The notes beneath the pieces were generated by a model. It did no database searches, had not been told where the DNA came from, and was given only the letters and a program-made list of their open reading frames with translations. Below, piece after piece: positions 28,628 to 43,330 of a stretch of DNA of 64,000 nucleotides (position 1 is its first letter; each line of letters starts with the position of its first letter). Source of the DNA: Octopus vulgaris (lineage: Eukaryota). Made by a program: the position numbers and the translations under genes. The stretch lies in NCBI GenBank assembly GCA_951406725.2, contig OX597826.1, positions 25,916,001 to 25,980,000 on the forward strand, in the 5' to 3' direction.

Positions 28628-30630
28628 TATTATTATTCTATGTTTGACTTTTGCTTTACATTTGTACAAGTTGGCTCCAAGTCTCACCCAGAGACCTCAG
28701 GAGACAACAGGTTGGAAGTTCATGTTGTTATGCCTAGTGTGCCATATATTTGGTTTTGTATTTAGTGTTGTATTAGTGAATGTCTAAAAGAAACCATACG
28801 AAAATTATATTTGTTTTAAAACTTGAGATTACATAGTAAGTATTTTGCGTAGGATATGAGCAGTTCCCATGAGCACTATCTTTTGAATTTCTGCCATTTT
28901 GGGATTTCCTCGTATCTGAGTTAGGTAGCAATCAGCCCCTTTTGCTATCATTCCCAGGGCACCTATGGTTTGAATGGTGAAGTTCCAGAGGAGTGAGATG
29001 TGGTCATTTCCAAGCACTGGAGGTGGTTTGTGTTCCCACCAGTTTTTTTCATGGGGCAAGTCCAGGCTTTTGCAAATTACCCAGTGAATATATTGTGCAG
29101 TTCTATCATGCCTGTTGAGATACTCTGCAGGCGCTAGAAGACTGCACTTGGAGACAACATGATCAATGGTTTCATTTTGTTGTTGACATACACGACATGT
29201 TGGGCTACTGCCGTTCTTTAATATGTTGGCCTGGTAATTCTTTGTTGGTAGGCATTGATCTTGAGCTGCTATGATAAATCCTTCTGTTTCAGATTTTAAG
29301 CCAGAGGCTATTAGCCATTGATGGGTCAGGGCTTTGTCAACATCTACAATATTCGCTCTCTTTGGGTATTTGCCATAGAGAGGTTTTTCTTGCCATTTAT
29401 CATTCAGAATATCTAAGGCAGCAGATTTAGCACGGGTTTTCATGCGCTTAGCTTTTTCTGTGCCTGTTTCTTGTATGTCTATCTCTAATTCCGAAATTTG
29501 TTGTATTCGGAACTCACTTAGATATTCCTTTGCCTGTTTTGTTACTGAGTATGATGCTTTCTTGTTTTCATGTTTTGAGACAAGTTTTAACATCCAGTCC
29601 TCAGAGTTTTTCAGGTAGGTGTCTAGGCCAATTGTAGCAATCTTCATTGTTATTGCCAGTTGTAAAAGTCCACGGCCTCCCTCTTTTCTTGGCAGATAAA
29701 GTTGTTCTGTATCTGCCTTAGGGTGGTGCATTCTATGCATTGTCAACAGTTTTCGTATTTTTCTGTCAAGATTACATATTTCAGTAATTGACCAGTTAAC
29801 AATATTGAAACTGTAAGTCACGACTGGTATGGCTAAAGCATTGATCGCTTCGATCCTGTTTCTCGCATTCAGCTCTGTCTTGAGTATTGCTCTTACTCTG
29901 CGATAACATTCTCTCCTGATCCTTTCCTTCATCACTGAATGCCTTATTCCGCCTCCTTCAATTACCCCTGGGTCTAACTCTTTTATGACATGTTGCTGGT
30001 CAAGGTTAACGTTAGATGTTTCTGTCATTATTCCTTTGATAAAGGTAGCTTTTGCACATTTATCGAGGCCAAATTGCATTCTGATGTCATCACTGAATTG
30101 TTTAACAATCGCTAGTAAGCCCTTGAGTTGTTGGTCATTTTTTGAAAGAGCTTTAAATCATCCATGTAAATGAGATGATTTATATTTTTATCAAACATTT
30201 TGTATCCGTACTGCGTGTCATTGAGCAATTTTGAGAGAGGTATTAAGGCTAAACAAAAGAGGAGTGGTGATAGTGAGTCACCCTGGAAAATGCCACATGA
30301 AATTTTTACATCACCAGCATTTAGAGATTCATTGTCACTGCTCAAAGATAGTGTGGTTCTCCATGATCTCATACTTAGAGACAAAACGTTTCGCAGAGTA
30401 GGTGCTATTTTATACATTTCCAGGCATTTCTTAATCCAGCTTTGTGGTAGGCTATCAAAAGCCTTTTTATAGTCTATCCAGGCTATTGATAAGTGTTTGT
30501 GTCGTTTGTGACAATCTTCTAAGATCATCTTATTGATGAGTAGTTGATCTTTACAACCAAAGGATCCACGTTTAATCCTTTCTGTCCATTAGGGAATATG
30601 TTGCTGTCTGTTAAAAAACAGATGTTAGCG

Positions 30631-30632
<2 letters not shown>
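28628..30632 (-). mobile_element. 5'-truncated R4/Dong-like retrotransposon (RT, CCHC, partial RLE)
   Basis: ORFs 30112-30528 (WIDYKKAFDS, FQGDSLSP, YMDDLKL) and 28829-30079 (CRVC...H...C, RHD); frameshifted, with an internal deletion. Confidence 0.92.
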
Positions 30633-30701
<69 letters not shown>

Positions 30702-30831
30702 TATTATCATTCTTCTTCTTCTTCTTCTTCTTCTTCTTCTTCTTCTTCTTCTTCTTCTTCTCATTATTATTATTATAATTATAATTATTATTATTATTAT
30801 CATTATTATTATTATCACCATCATCATCATC

Positions 30832-30866
<35 letters not shown>

Positions 30867-30868
<2 letters not shown>

Positions 30869-31041
30869 TATGTTTGACTTTTGCTTTATGTTTGTACAAG
30901 TTGGCTCCAAGTCTCACCCAGAGACCTCAAGAGACAACAGGTTGGAAGTTCTGTGCCATATATTTTGTTTTTTTTTTCTTTTGGTGTTGTACTAGTGAAT
31001 GTCTAATACATAAAAATAAAATTAAAAAAAAAAAAAAAAAA

Positions 31042-31073
<32 letters not shown>

Positions 31074-31747
31074 GTTTGTTTTAAACCTTGGGATTACATA
31101 GAGAGTATTTTGCGTAGGATATGAGCAGTTCCCATGAGCACTATCTTTTGAATTTCTGCCATTTTGGGGTTTCCTGGTATCTGAGTTAGGTAGCAATTAG
31201 TCCCTTTCGCTATCATTCCCAGGGCACCTATGACAACAGGTATTGTTTTAGTCTTCAGCTTCCACATTTTGCTGATTTCTATTTCAAGATCTTTATATTT
31301 GCTCAGTTTTTGGTAGGTCTTGACAGATACGTTTATATCGATTGGGACAGTCATATCAATGAGGAGGCATGTTCTTTGTCTGAAGTCTTTCAATATGATG
31401 TCTGGTCTATTTGCATCTATCTTCCTGTCAGTTTGAATGGTGAAGTTCCAGAGGAGTGAGATGTGGTCATTTTCAAGCACTGGAGGTGGATTGTGTTCCC
31501 ACCAGTTTTTTTCATGGGGCAAGTCCAGATTTTTGCAAATTACCCAGTGAATATATTGTGCAGCTCTATCATGCCTGTTGAGGTACTCTGTAGGCGCTAG
31601 AAGACTGCATTTGGAGACAACATGATCAATGGTTTCATTTTGTTGTCGGCATACACGACATGTTGGGCTACTGCCGTTCTTTAATATGTTGGCCTGGTAG
31701 TTTCTTGTTGGTAGGCATTGATCTTGAGCTGCTATGATAAACCCCTC

Positions 31748-31748
<1 letters not shown>
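30867..31748 (-). mobile_element. Second, shorter copy of the same R4/Dong subfamily
   Basis: ORF 31094-31522 has RPDIILKD...IDMTVP; 3' UTR matches 28636-28740. Confidence 0.9.
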
Positions 31749-31792
<44 letters not shown>

Positions 31793-31796
<4 letters not shown>

Positions 31797-32269
31797 TAGT
31801 TTTATTTTTATAGCGTGCTTTCACTTCACTACCGAGCGCAGCTCTGTATGCCTTGTGTATGTGCTGTGATTTGTTGTGATGCTCTGATGGTTATTGTATG
31901 GAAAGTGTTCTGCGTAGGATGTGTGCAGTGCCTAGTAGTGCAATTTTCAGTATGTTATATGTGTTTGTAAGTCCTGGTGTTTTTGTTATGTATTTGTCTG
32001 AATATTTTTTTATCATGCCTAATGCACCTACTATAATAGGAATTGTTTCTGTTTTTAGATTCCACATTCTGGTTACCTCTATTTCCAGGTATTTGCATTT
32101 TGCAAGTTTTTCCATTTCTTTTAGAGACACGTTGTCATCTGCCGGTATTGATACATCAATTAGAAAGCATTTTTTTTTCTTCATGATCTCTGACAACTAT
32201 ATCTGGTCTGTTGGCCTTAATTTCTCTATCTGTGTGTATTGGCATATCCCAGAGTATGGTTGCTTTCTC

Positions 32270-32270
<1 letters not shown>
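31793..32270 (-). mobile_element. 3' fragment of the R4/Dong subfamily seen full-length at 46962-51656
   Basis: Near-identical to 46962-47440. Confidence 0.9.
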
Positions 32271-32358
<88 letters not shown>

Positions 32359-32370
32359 TATTACTATTAC

Positions 32371-32422
<52 letters not shown>

Positions 32423-32437
32423 TATTACTATTATTAC

Positions 32438-32498
<61 letters not shown>

Positions 32499-32753
32499 TC
32501 TTCGAAACAGTGTAGGTAAAAATTCACCGCAGTGTTTACTCATCTGTCAAGTCACAACAAGGACCTCAGATAGATAATACTTTCTTGTTCGACTAGAAAT
32601 AGTGCTCCAGCATTACCGCAGTCAAATGACTGAAACAAGTAAAAGAAGAAAAGAATAAAAGAATATGTAGGAAAAACAATAAAAAAGTTTGAAAGGGGTC
32701 TTATTTTTTTAATTCAGAAAACTTATCGCTTTACATAGGAGGCAAATATTTCT

Positions 32754-32821
<68 letters not shown>

Positions 32822-33967
32822 TAATCCAAACAAGAAAACACAAAAAACACAACAACGCGAGGACGTGGAACAAATATAGTATTATTGGACGCTCAGGAAA
32901 GAAGGAAACAAGGAGGGTTTAACGTTTCGAGCGGACCTATTCGTCGGAAACATAGGAGAATGCAAGATCCAGAGAAGGGAAGACAGAGGAAAAGAAATCG
33001 CCAACGGTACATACGAGGTCACATTTGCATTCCCAGAATACAGAATGATACCCTTTAGTGAGCATATTGAGAAATGCACAAAGCAACTACTACCACAATT
33101 TTTAATCTTTCCATTCTACCAATGTGCTATTGGAACACCAACACAAATTAGATTAAACAAGGAAACATTCTTCATTGAAAAATATAAGCCTGAACTTAAC
33201 TATCCTAACATTCTTATATATATGTATATATATATATATGTGTGTGTGTGTATGTGTGTGTCTGTGTTTGTCCCCCTAGCATTGCTTGACAACCGATGCT
33301 GGTGTGTTTATGTCCCCGTTACTTAGCGGTTCGGCAAAGAATAAGTACTGGGCTTACAAAAGAATAAGTCCCGGGATCGAGTTGCTCGATTAAAAATCGG
33401 TGCTCCAGCATGGCCGCAGTCAAATGACTGAAACAAGTAAAAGAGTAAAAGAGAGAAACTCATCTCATTAAAAAAAGGTGGGGGGGGGAAGAAATATAAA
33501 GCGATTATCTCCCTTATACCGGAAGAAATCCCTTATTACCTCCCCCTGCCTGGAACTCTTCTTTGCACTTCATACCGAAGACATGACACGATGTAGGTAA
33601 AGATATTTGAGAAATTTGAAACGTTTACACGAAACCGGTAATTTCTCCAAAAACTATGTTACTATATACAAAATTTTCTAACATTTTTCTAACATAACGA
33701 CTTAAATGTATTTTTTAACCTTATAAAACAAGCCTTCTGTAGTTTTTTTCACTCTTTTCTATGATATATATATATATAGTATAAAGGATCGTAGGTAAGC
33801 CCAGAACAATGCGAGGTAAATGCAAGGTAAATCACAAGAAAACAAATATTGGACTTAATGTAGACTTACCTTGCATTTACTTCGCATTGTGTTGGCCTTA
33901 CCCACGATCCTTTATACAATATATTTTACGCAATGCTTCATAGTAATTATTCCATATATATATATGT

Positions 33968-34016
<49 letters not shown>

Positions 34017-34300
34017 AAAATAAAGATACAAAATTGTATTGTCCTCACGTAACAAATGTCTTAATGTAATATTTTTACATAAAAATATGAGTGTATATTT
34101 TCACAATGTGACATTTACGTGAGTAAAAAAAATGCATTTTATTGAGACATTTTCGTATATATGCTTATATATATTCGAGAGTAAGTCAAAAGTTATCCAC
34201 ACTTTCGCCATAACATATCTTTATTATTGTCACACTGCCTTCTGCACATGCGTGCCTATAACTGGTACGATTGTGATCACGTATGTAACTATCTAGCTAT

Positions 34301-34392
<92 letters not shown>

Positions 34393-34790
34393 TACATATA
34401 TGCATGCATACATGCATATATACATATATAAATGCATACATATACACACACATATATATTTGCATGTATGCATGTACCAACTGAAACACACAAATCTGTT
34501 AATGTGTATGTATGAGGTATGTGTTCGTGTTGTGTGTAGAACATGATAACAACAATGATTATGATGACGACGGCGACGGTGGCGATGATGAGATAGAGTG
34601 GAGGATAAGGGACTTTCAATGGTGAAACACGATGGTACCAACAACACACATCACCATTACCCTGGTTTTTCTCATTTCTCTTTAGACGGAACGCATCTTA
34701 TCATCATAATCGATGTTCTTGTCTTTTATCGTAGTCTTTGACGTCATCATCGTCATCATCACCATCAGCGTCGAAATCTTCGTCGGCATC

Positions 34791-34836
<46 letters not shown>

Positions 34837-34856
34837 CCACCACCACCACCACCACC

Positions 34857-34901
<45 letters not shown>

Positions 34902-34941
34902 TTTATTATCATCGCCATCGTGGTGGTGGTGGTTTCCGACA

Positions 34942-35114
34942 CTAATAGTCGATGAAGCAACCAAGCTTTCTCACGGCCAATTCCCCTCTTACAGTCGTAG
35001 TAACGTCAGCACAGAAATGTCGGCAGCTTGGAGTTGCGACGACATCATACACGCTGAGCGTCACAATTGGTATTCCCCGTATTCCATATTTTAACTTTCC
35101 TATGCTGCCATTCA
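34942..35114 (-). CDS. Gene B exon 3 (terminal coding exon); spliced protein about 173 aa with 6 Cys
   Basis: Acceptor ttttccatttactttcag|, phase 1 in frame: (M)NGSIGKLKYGIRGIPIVTLSVYDVVATPSCRHFCADVTTTVRGELAVRKLGCFIDY*. Confidence 0.78.
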
Positions 35115-35642
35115 CTGAAAGTAAATGGAAAATAAAAGAAATAATATTAAAGTATAAAAGAAATTAAGTAAAAATAAAATTGATAAAATTATTATTTTAC
35201 TATTTTTGTGCTTTTCATTTAAAAAGCAAATAAATAAACTATATCTTCTTCTTTTTGCGCCCTTTTCAAGCCTAGCCAGGCTCATGGGTCCGGTTTCCCG
35301 GTTTCTATGGCAAATGTGTTTCCCCCCAGCTGGACGGAACGCCTGTCCATCGCAGCATTACTCAAGAAACAGGAAGAGAGAGTGAGAGAAAAAGTTGGAG
35401 CGAAAGAGTACAACAGGGGTCGCCACCACCCCCTGTCGGAGTCTCGTGGAGCTTTAACCGTTTTCGCTCAATAAACACACACAGCGCCCGCCCTGGGAAT
35501 CGAAACCGCGATCCTCCATATATCCATCACGGCCCACCTTACCAATGGGTTTCACGCAAGGAATACAATGGAGTGTTAGGTAACAACCGACTGGTAAGAT
35601 GGTCTGTGATGGATATATAATACTGTACATTTCGAATAATAA

Positions 35643-35718
<76 letters not shown>

Positions 35719-36110
35719 AGGACGGGTTTCGCCTATCAAATTCACTCATAAAACAACCGGAATTCTATAGTAAAAAAGGACTTTCCCAAGATACTGTATA
35801 GAGGGATTGAACCAGAAACGACTAGTTAACCACACGATCATGTATTTGCTTATAAGTATATTTACTTTATACGCACATTACGCCACAATTTGAGAAAATT
35901 TGATTTTATTGTGAAATGTTACAAACATTCCATGTACAACAAAAATTCAAAGAAACACTTTACTTACTGATTTTTCTGGTCACTTGCTTATTGTTCATCG
36001 CCACTTGCAATCGATAGAAGTAATTATCATAAAGTATATCAAAGGTAACTGAAAGAAATATTTTTCATTAAATATTTGACAAGTAACTTAAAGAAGTAAT
36101 CTTCATAATT

Positions 36111-37577
36111 TTGAGTTGGCAACAATGTAATTTAATTTTTCGCAAATAGAGTTACGATTTTCTTAATGATTTTTGTCAGTGTTATGATTTTTTTCCTTCT
36201 GACAGCTGCTAGCCGTTACTTTTAGCTTGCTTTCGAAGCAAATTGCGCATAATTTGGTTTACAGATTTTAGTTCAGCATCAATTTTAACATGCAGTACAA
36301 AAACAACATTTCCCCCATATTTTGTTATTTTTTAAACTTAACCCCTTGACAACAGTTGACGCAAATATGCGATCACACTTTTGCTTGCCTACCAGCGGTT
36401 AACGTAAATATACGATGTAGAGCTACACTACATCTTTCACGGACTTTTTAGCGGCTGACGTATGTTTACGTTCGCTATCGTGTACTTTATCTCTTGAGGT
36501 GCGCACGCTCGCCGTCCCGTGCATTATCTTAGCTATTTTAGGTTTCCTTCAAGTCATGAGACTAGCAGTAAACCAATGACATGCGGATACTTTACATGCA
36601 TAATACCGTGTTTTGAGTTGTACCACACGCAAGCGATTTTCTGAACTTGAGCAGAATAACTCGTGCATATCATATGATAAATAGCTTCACATAGTTCGTT
36701 TTCATAAACCGGTAAACGTAAATGTACGACGCTGTGTTATTGTAATGGTGGACGTAAATAGACGTGAGCTCGTTGGCACTTGTGTGTTTGTGTGGCCTTA
36801 TTAGATACCCCCCCCCCCAGAGCAGTGTCTCGCATGCTTCGGGTAATATCAGCGTCAAGGGGTTAAAAGCAAGAAAGCTGTTGAGACTCACAAAGAGATA
36901 TGTGAAATTTATGTTGATTGCTTAACAGAAACGTACATGTCAGAAATGGTTTTAAAAAGTCCGTTCTTAACATTTTACACTGAAAGATGACCAACGTTCT
37001 GGTCGACCTACAAAAGTTGATGATGATCGAATCAAAGCCATATTTGAGTCTGATTGTCATATAACTGTGCGAGAGATTTCAGAAGGGTTAAATGTTTCAC
37101 ACACAACAATTGAAAATCTCTTACAATGGCTTGGACTCGTTAAGAAGCTCGGTATTTGGGTTCCGCATAAATTGAAAGAGATTCACTGAATGCAACCAAT
37201 CAATATTTGCGATATGCATCTCAAACGCAATGAAATCAACCACTTTTTGAAATAAATCATCACTGGTGATGTAAAATGGATTATCTACAATAACATCAAT
37301 CGAAGCGTAATGAACCAGCGTAATAACATCAATCAAAGCGTAGTGGTCCAAGCGTAATGAACCAGCACAAGCCACATCGAAAGTTGAATTGCATAAAAAA
37401 GAGGCAGACCTTCTAATTGTTAGGATTACAAAGGTGTTGCGTATTTTGAGCTGTTTCCAAGGAACCAAACGATCAATTCAGATGTTTACTGTTAGGAATT
37501 AACGAAACTGGAGGAAGCAATCAAAGAAAAACGGCCAGGATTGGCAAATCGTAAAGGAATCTTGTTCCATCAGGACA
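36111..37577 (+). mobile_element. Degenerate mariner in gene B intron 2, split by a piggyBac-like MITE
   Basis: TIR-like tgagttggcaacaatgtaatt; KQHFPHILLF...ETHKEICEIY, RSGRPTKVDDD, WVPHKLKE, IITGDVKWIIYNN. Confidence 0.8.
36342..36862. mobile_element. piggyBac-like non-autonomous element
   Basis: TTAA duplications at 36338-36341 and 36863-36866; termini ccccttgac / gtcaagggg. Confidence 0.75.
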
Positions 37578-37616
37578 GTTATAATGTATCAAAGAATAAA
37601 TATAAAATAAACTCAC

Positions 37617-37874
37617 TATAGAGTCCAACGTGATGTATGCCGGTCACTTGGTAGCAATTGTAATGGAAGTTTGAACCATTACAATTCAGCTCTCCTATAT
37701 TGTCTGAAAAATTTTTACACTGTGGTATACTTTCCTCCGCTCTATTTTCATCAACATTTCGACTCATTTTGATTATTGCCTCGTCATCTCCATTGTCATA
37801 TATTGGTTTATGATCATTTTCAACTCGCCTGTGTAGCAAAGATTCTGCACCAGTTCTATTCGTAATTACTTCAC
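37617..37874 (-). CDS. Gene B exon 2
   Basis: Acceptor cttttgtttttctag|, donor A|gtgagt, 258 nt, phase 1-1: (S)EVITNRTGAESLLHRRVENDHKPIYDNGDDEAIIKMSRNVDENRAEESIPQCKNFSDNIGELNCNGSNFHYNCYQVTGIHHVGLY. Confidence 0.82.
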
Positions 37875-38738
37875 CTAGAAAAACAAAAGCAATAAGATGT
37901 TAGAGAAGAAAGTATGAAGAAATAAGTAACAAAGGAAGACAATAAAAGGAAACCAACACGACATTCACTCAATATTTATTGCTTTCATTTGTGAGTTTAA
38001 GAGGGGAATCAATTATATTGAACTTCGATGGAGGGGTATCAAATACATTGTGTCCTCTGGTGGCCGGATAATGCAAGGGAGATAATAATTTTTAAATAAT
38101 ATTTAGCGGGATTACGTATTTGAATTTGAAATCGAGGATACATACACTAGTTTCAGTCAATGGATAACAGCCATGCCGGGGCACTTTTTTGAGAGATTTT
38201 GTCGAGCAAATCAATCCATGTATTTATTATTTTATGCCAGGCACATATTCCGTCGATCTCTGTGGTCAAACCGCTAAAATACAAGGACACGAACAACCGA
38301 TTGTCAAGCGGTGAGATACGATGGGGTGGACAAACATAAACAACTTTCACACCACACATATACATCAAACTTCCACACAGTTTCTCCTCTACCAAATTCA
38401 CTCACAAGTCATTGGCAGAAATAGAAAGAACTTCTTCAAGGTGTCATTCAATGGGAATAGTCTTGAAAACACATGGTTGCAAAGTAATCTTATCCCCCAT
38501 ACCAAGATGGATTTTTTTGCTCATTTAATATGCTGGAGATCTTAAATTTTCTAGTCTTTGGTACTCATAGATATTGTCACGCTCTTATATCACTGTAATA
38601 TATAGTATTAAAACCACCGTCATTATGAATTGTTTACAGATTTGAAACAAAAACAGCCGTGAAACGTAAATTTGGTTTCCACTGTCACATAAAACAAACG
38701 TGTGCGCGCGTGAGGGTGTATGTTTGTCTACATGTCGA

Positions 38739-38842
<104 letters not shown>

Positions 38843-39098
38843 CATCTATCCAGCTATCCATCTATCTATATATATATTTTTTACTTGTTTCAGTCATTTG
38901 AGTGCGGTCATGCTAGAGCACCACCTTTTAGTCGAGCAAATTGACCCCAGGACTTATTCTTTGCAAGCCTAGTACTTATTCTATTGGTCTCTTTTGCCGA
39001 ATCGCAAGGTTACGGGGACGTAAACACACTAGCATCGGTTGTCAAGCGTTGTTGGGGAGGGGGACAAACACAGGCACACAAACACATACTCATACACA

Positions 39099-39134
<36 letters not shown>

Positions 39135-39317
39135 TACATATATACGACGGGCTTCTTTCAGTTTCCGTCTACCAAATCCACTCACAAGGCTATAGTAGAA
39201 GACACTTGCCCAAGGTGCCACGTAGTGTGACTGAACCCGAAACCATGTGGTTAGTAAGCAAGCTACTCCTGCTCCTATATGCATACATACATATACATAC
39301 ATGCGTATATACATACA

Positions 39318-39351
<34 letters not shown>

Positions 39352-39439
39352 CATACATACATACATACATACATACATACATACATGCATACATACATAC
39401 ATACATACATACATACATACATACATACATACATACATT

Positions 39440-42400
39440 ATGGCTGCCCCCTCGTTATCGAGTATGGCCATTGCACGAAGCTTAACTGTTACTGGTGCTG
39501 TGATCGAATGTGACTTTTTAGCCCAGCTAAAGATCTACAATGTCTTGTACAAAATTGGCAATTAAAACCTTTACTGGTAATAGCCGGCTGTAGTTGTAAC
39601 TGGGCTTCATGTACCTTTGCATGTAGTTTAAGTCCTCCTGTCGAATTACACTCTCTTCCACATGCCCGTCAGATATGATTAGTATGGTGTGTTACACCAC
39701 CACCAGTGGCCAGGTTGTCACTTATCTGTCTCATTTTATGACTACGAAGATGACTCATTTTATGACTACGAAGATGACTAATGAGTCCACAGACGTTGCA
39801 TGTCAGCATCAAAGGAAGACCCTTCCCATCTGCCCTTCCTGACATCCCTCCTTACTTTCTCATGTGCAACTCGAGATTTCTCAAACGTGGCTGTTCCCTC
39901 ATGCACAATCCTTCTCCACCTGCTACGATCAATAGCTATGCCTTCCCATGTGTCAGGAGAGATGCAAGCATCTCTCAAGGAAGCCTTCAGCAAGTCCTTA
40001 TACCTCTTTTTTGGTTTATGTGGAGGTCGTTCTCATTTAGCTAACTCTCCATCAAAGAGTTGTTTTGGCATCCTTGAATCCTTCATTCTGACCAGATGAC
40101 CACTCCATCTGAGCCTTTGCTTTAACATAAGAGCTTCTATACTTTCACGTCAGCCTTCGAGTATTTCAAGATCACTGATGCGGTCCTTCCACTTAATGCT
40201 ATAGATCCGTCTGAGGCACATCTGATGGAAACGTTCCAGATGTTTAAGGTGGTATCGATATGTGAACCACCTCTCGCAGACATAGAAAAGAGAAGGGAGC
40301 ACACATGCCTTGTACACCTTTATCTTTGTCTTTCTGCATATGTCTCGCCGACTCCAGAGGCGCTTTTCTAGCCTTCCGAAAGCAACACTTGCTTTCCTAA
40401 TTCTATATGGAATTTCATCATCCACATTGTCATATCTATTAATAGTGCTTCCCAGGTAGACAAACTGATCGACTACATCAAGTCGTTTACCATTCACATA
40501 GATATTTGGTACACTATACTGCTTACCAGGGGCAGGTTGATGCATGACAACAGTTTTCTTGAGATTGACTGTCAATCCTAAGGCAATGCAAGCATCAGAG
40601 AATGCATTCAAAACGTGTTGCATATCAATCTCTATGTGCGCTACTAGCTCACAATCATCAGCATACAAAAGGTCTCTTATGATAGAGGTAAATATCTTTG
40701 TTTTTGTAGCAAGGCGCCTGATAATAAATATGCTGCCAGAGGTTCGATAATGGACGTAAACACCGTATCTGCCGTTTCTGAATGCAATACAGAACACCAT
40801 CGCGAAATATATGGAAAATAGGGTCGGTGCCAGAATATCCCCCTGTTTCACTCCATTTTGTATTGAAATGGGCTCCGACATATTCCCTCTAACATTCACC
40901 CTACCATTCATGTCTTCATGAAAAGACCTAACCAAAGCAAGGAACTTTTCAGGACACCCAAGTTTCTGGAGGACTTTCCACAATGCTTTTCTATTGACGG
41001 TATCAAAGGCTTTTGTCAGATCGACAAACACTTGATACAAATCCAGACCCTGTTCCACACACTTTTCCTGGAGCTGTCTAGCTGAAAAGATCATATCAGC
41101 AGTGCCACGTCCCACACGAAAGCCAGATTGACTTTCTGGAAGAACACAATCTGCAATGTATTTCAGCAGACGATCCAGGAGGATCCTGCATAAAACCTTT
41201 CCTACAGCAGACAGCAATGATACTCCCCTATAATTACCACAATTATTCCTGTTGCCTTATACAGGACCACCATTACTGCATCTCTCCAGTCTTCAGGTAC
41301 AGATTCACTAGTCCATACCTTACCAAACAAAGAGTGAAGTTTCTGCAGAATTTTCTCACCACCATGCTGTAACAACTCCGCATGTATGCCATCCATACCC
41401 GGAGACTTCCCATTATTCAACCTTGTGACAGCCATTGCAACTTCTTCCAACTTTGGTAGTTCTGCGAGTGCTGCTTTCATAGGCAATCCAGGGATGAGAT
41501 TGAGAACATCCTCACTAACTACAGACTGCTAATTCAAAAGTTCATCAAAGTGTTCTTGCCACCTTCGCAGAATTCCTTGTGAATCACGAAGAAGTTCTTT
41601 ACCATCCCTGCTTCGAATTAGTGTCATCAGGGAAGACGTTGGTCCATAAACTTCTCGCAAGAGACCATACAACAGCTTTGTGTTATTGGAATTTGATGCC
41701 GCCTGTATCTCGTCAGCCTTCTTACTCCACCACGTATCCCTCATCCGAGAGAGCTTTTGCCCCACACGTGATTTTACGTCCTTAAGTTCCCTATGCAACA
41801 CTTCCCTTTCCTGTGACTTTGCTGACAAATAGCGTGACAAAGTACGCCTTTTATCAGCCACTAAATCATCTATATGTTCATCATTTTCTTTGAACCAATC
41901 TTGATGCTTTCTTTGTATCAATCCCAGAACTTTCTTGCCTATATCATAAACTGAGCTTTTAAGGGTCGACTAATCCTCCCCAATATCTGCAGCATTCATT
42001 TCCCCTCGTAAAGTTCTCTTCACACTATTATACCTGAGACGATCAAAATTCAGTCTTTTAGGCAGGGTCATCCCTGCAGCTCGGATTTTATGTTTTGTGA
42101 CTAATTTCACTTTTGCACGTACTAGGCGGTGGTCAGTCCAACACTCAGCTCCACGAAGAACACGAACACACTGCACATCCTTGTCTATCACGCACCCTAA
42201 CTAGGATGTAATCCAGAATATGCCATTCTTTAGATGCAGGGTACATCCATGTAGTCTTAAGCTTATTCTTTTGTTGAAACATGGTATTGGTAACACACAG
42301 ACTCAGCTCCTCACACATCTGCAGCAAAAGCATGCCATTACTTTTACACCTCCCCACCCCATGCTTCCCAATCACAGTCCATGTGTTAAAATCCCTATCC

Positions 42401-43330
42401 ACTCTAGCATTAAAGTCACCCAGTACGATGACTTTGTCTGCCCGAGGGATATTTCTTATAATACCCTTCAAAGCATGGTAGAAAGAAAGTTTTTCGTCAT
42501 CAGTATAGCACATAGTTGGAGCATACACACTCACCAAGGTCATATAATTTCCTTTAGACAAAGGAATTCTCATGGACATAAGACGCTCATTAATTCCGAT
42601 TGGGAATTCTTCCAACTTGTCCACAAGAGTAGTCTTAACAGCAAATGCCACTCCAGCTTCCCCTCTAAGCTCTTCATCTCTCCCTTTCCAAATGAATGTA
42701 TATTTTCCACAAGTTTCTATAAGATGACCATCTCCAGGTAATCTCGTCTCAGATAAAGCAACAATGTCAAGGTCATAGCGTTGAAGCTCCTTCGCAACAA
42801 GCGAAGTCCTTCTTTCAGGACATTCAGAGGACTTGTGGTCAAGCAGTGTCCGTACATTCCAACAGCCAATATTCATTATTTTCTTTGGTTCTATCACAGT
42901 AGCATGATGACGGCCGGGTTCAGACCGTGATGCTCTGGAGCCCCTGCCGGGCCAGACTCTGCCGATGTGGTTCCAGAGTCCTTACTGCCATTTATTTTTA
43001 TACTGTTTTGGTACATCATTGATAAGGCTACAGCCAGCCATTCAGTTGAGACTCACAGCACTATCAACAACCATGAATTAGTTAATCACTTTAATCAATC
43101 CAATGTAGTTATCGTGCAATACCTGTGCAAAAAGTTTTTTTTTTAAGTGAGGAAAGGCTGTGCATTGAGTCAATCCCACTCACTAAGCAACAGCAGCCAT
43201 AATCCGAAAAGAAGAACAAGTCAACATCATCGGTAACCACTGAGTCGCAGGTTTTATGTCGGAGTTATCCCAGTTACCTGAGTTACCTTGTCCTAGAAGG
43301 ATGCCCTAACGAAGGCTAAGAGTCCTTCAC
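39440..43330 (-). mobile_element. Near full-length, frameshifted RTE-clade LINE in gene B intron 1
   Basis: APE endonuclease (NIGCWNVRTL, LSETR, GDFNARV, WTDH), RT (FVDLTKAFDTV, GVKQGDILAP, LYADD), C-terminal Cys/His remnant, (TATG)n tail; 5' boundary approximate. Confidence 0.92.
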
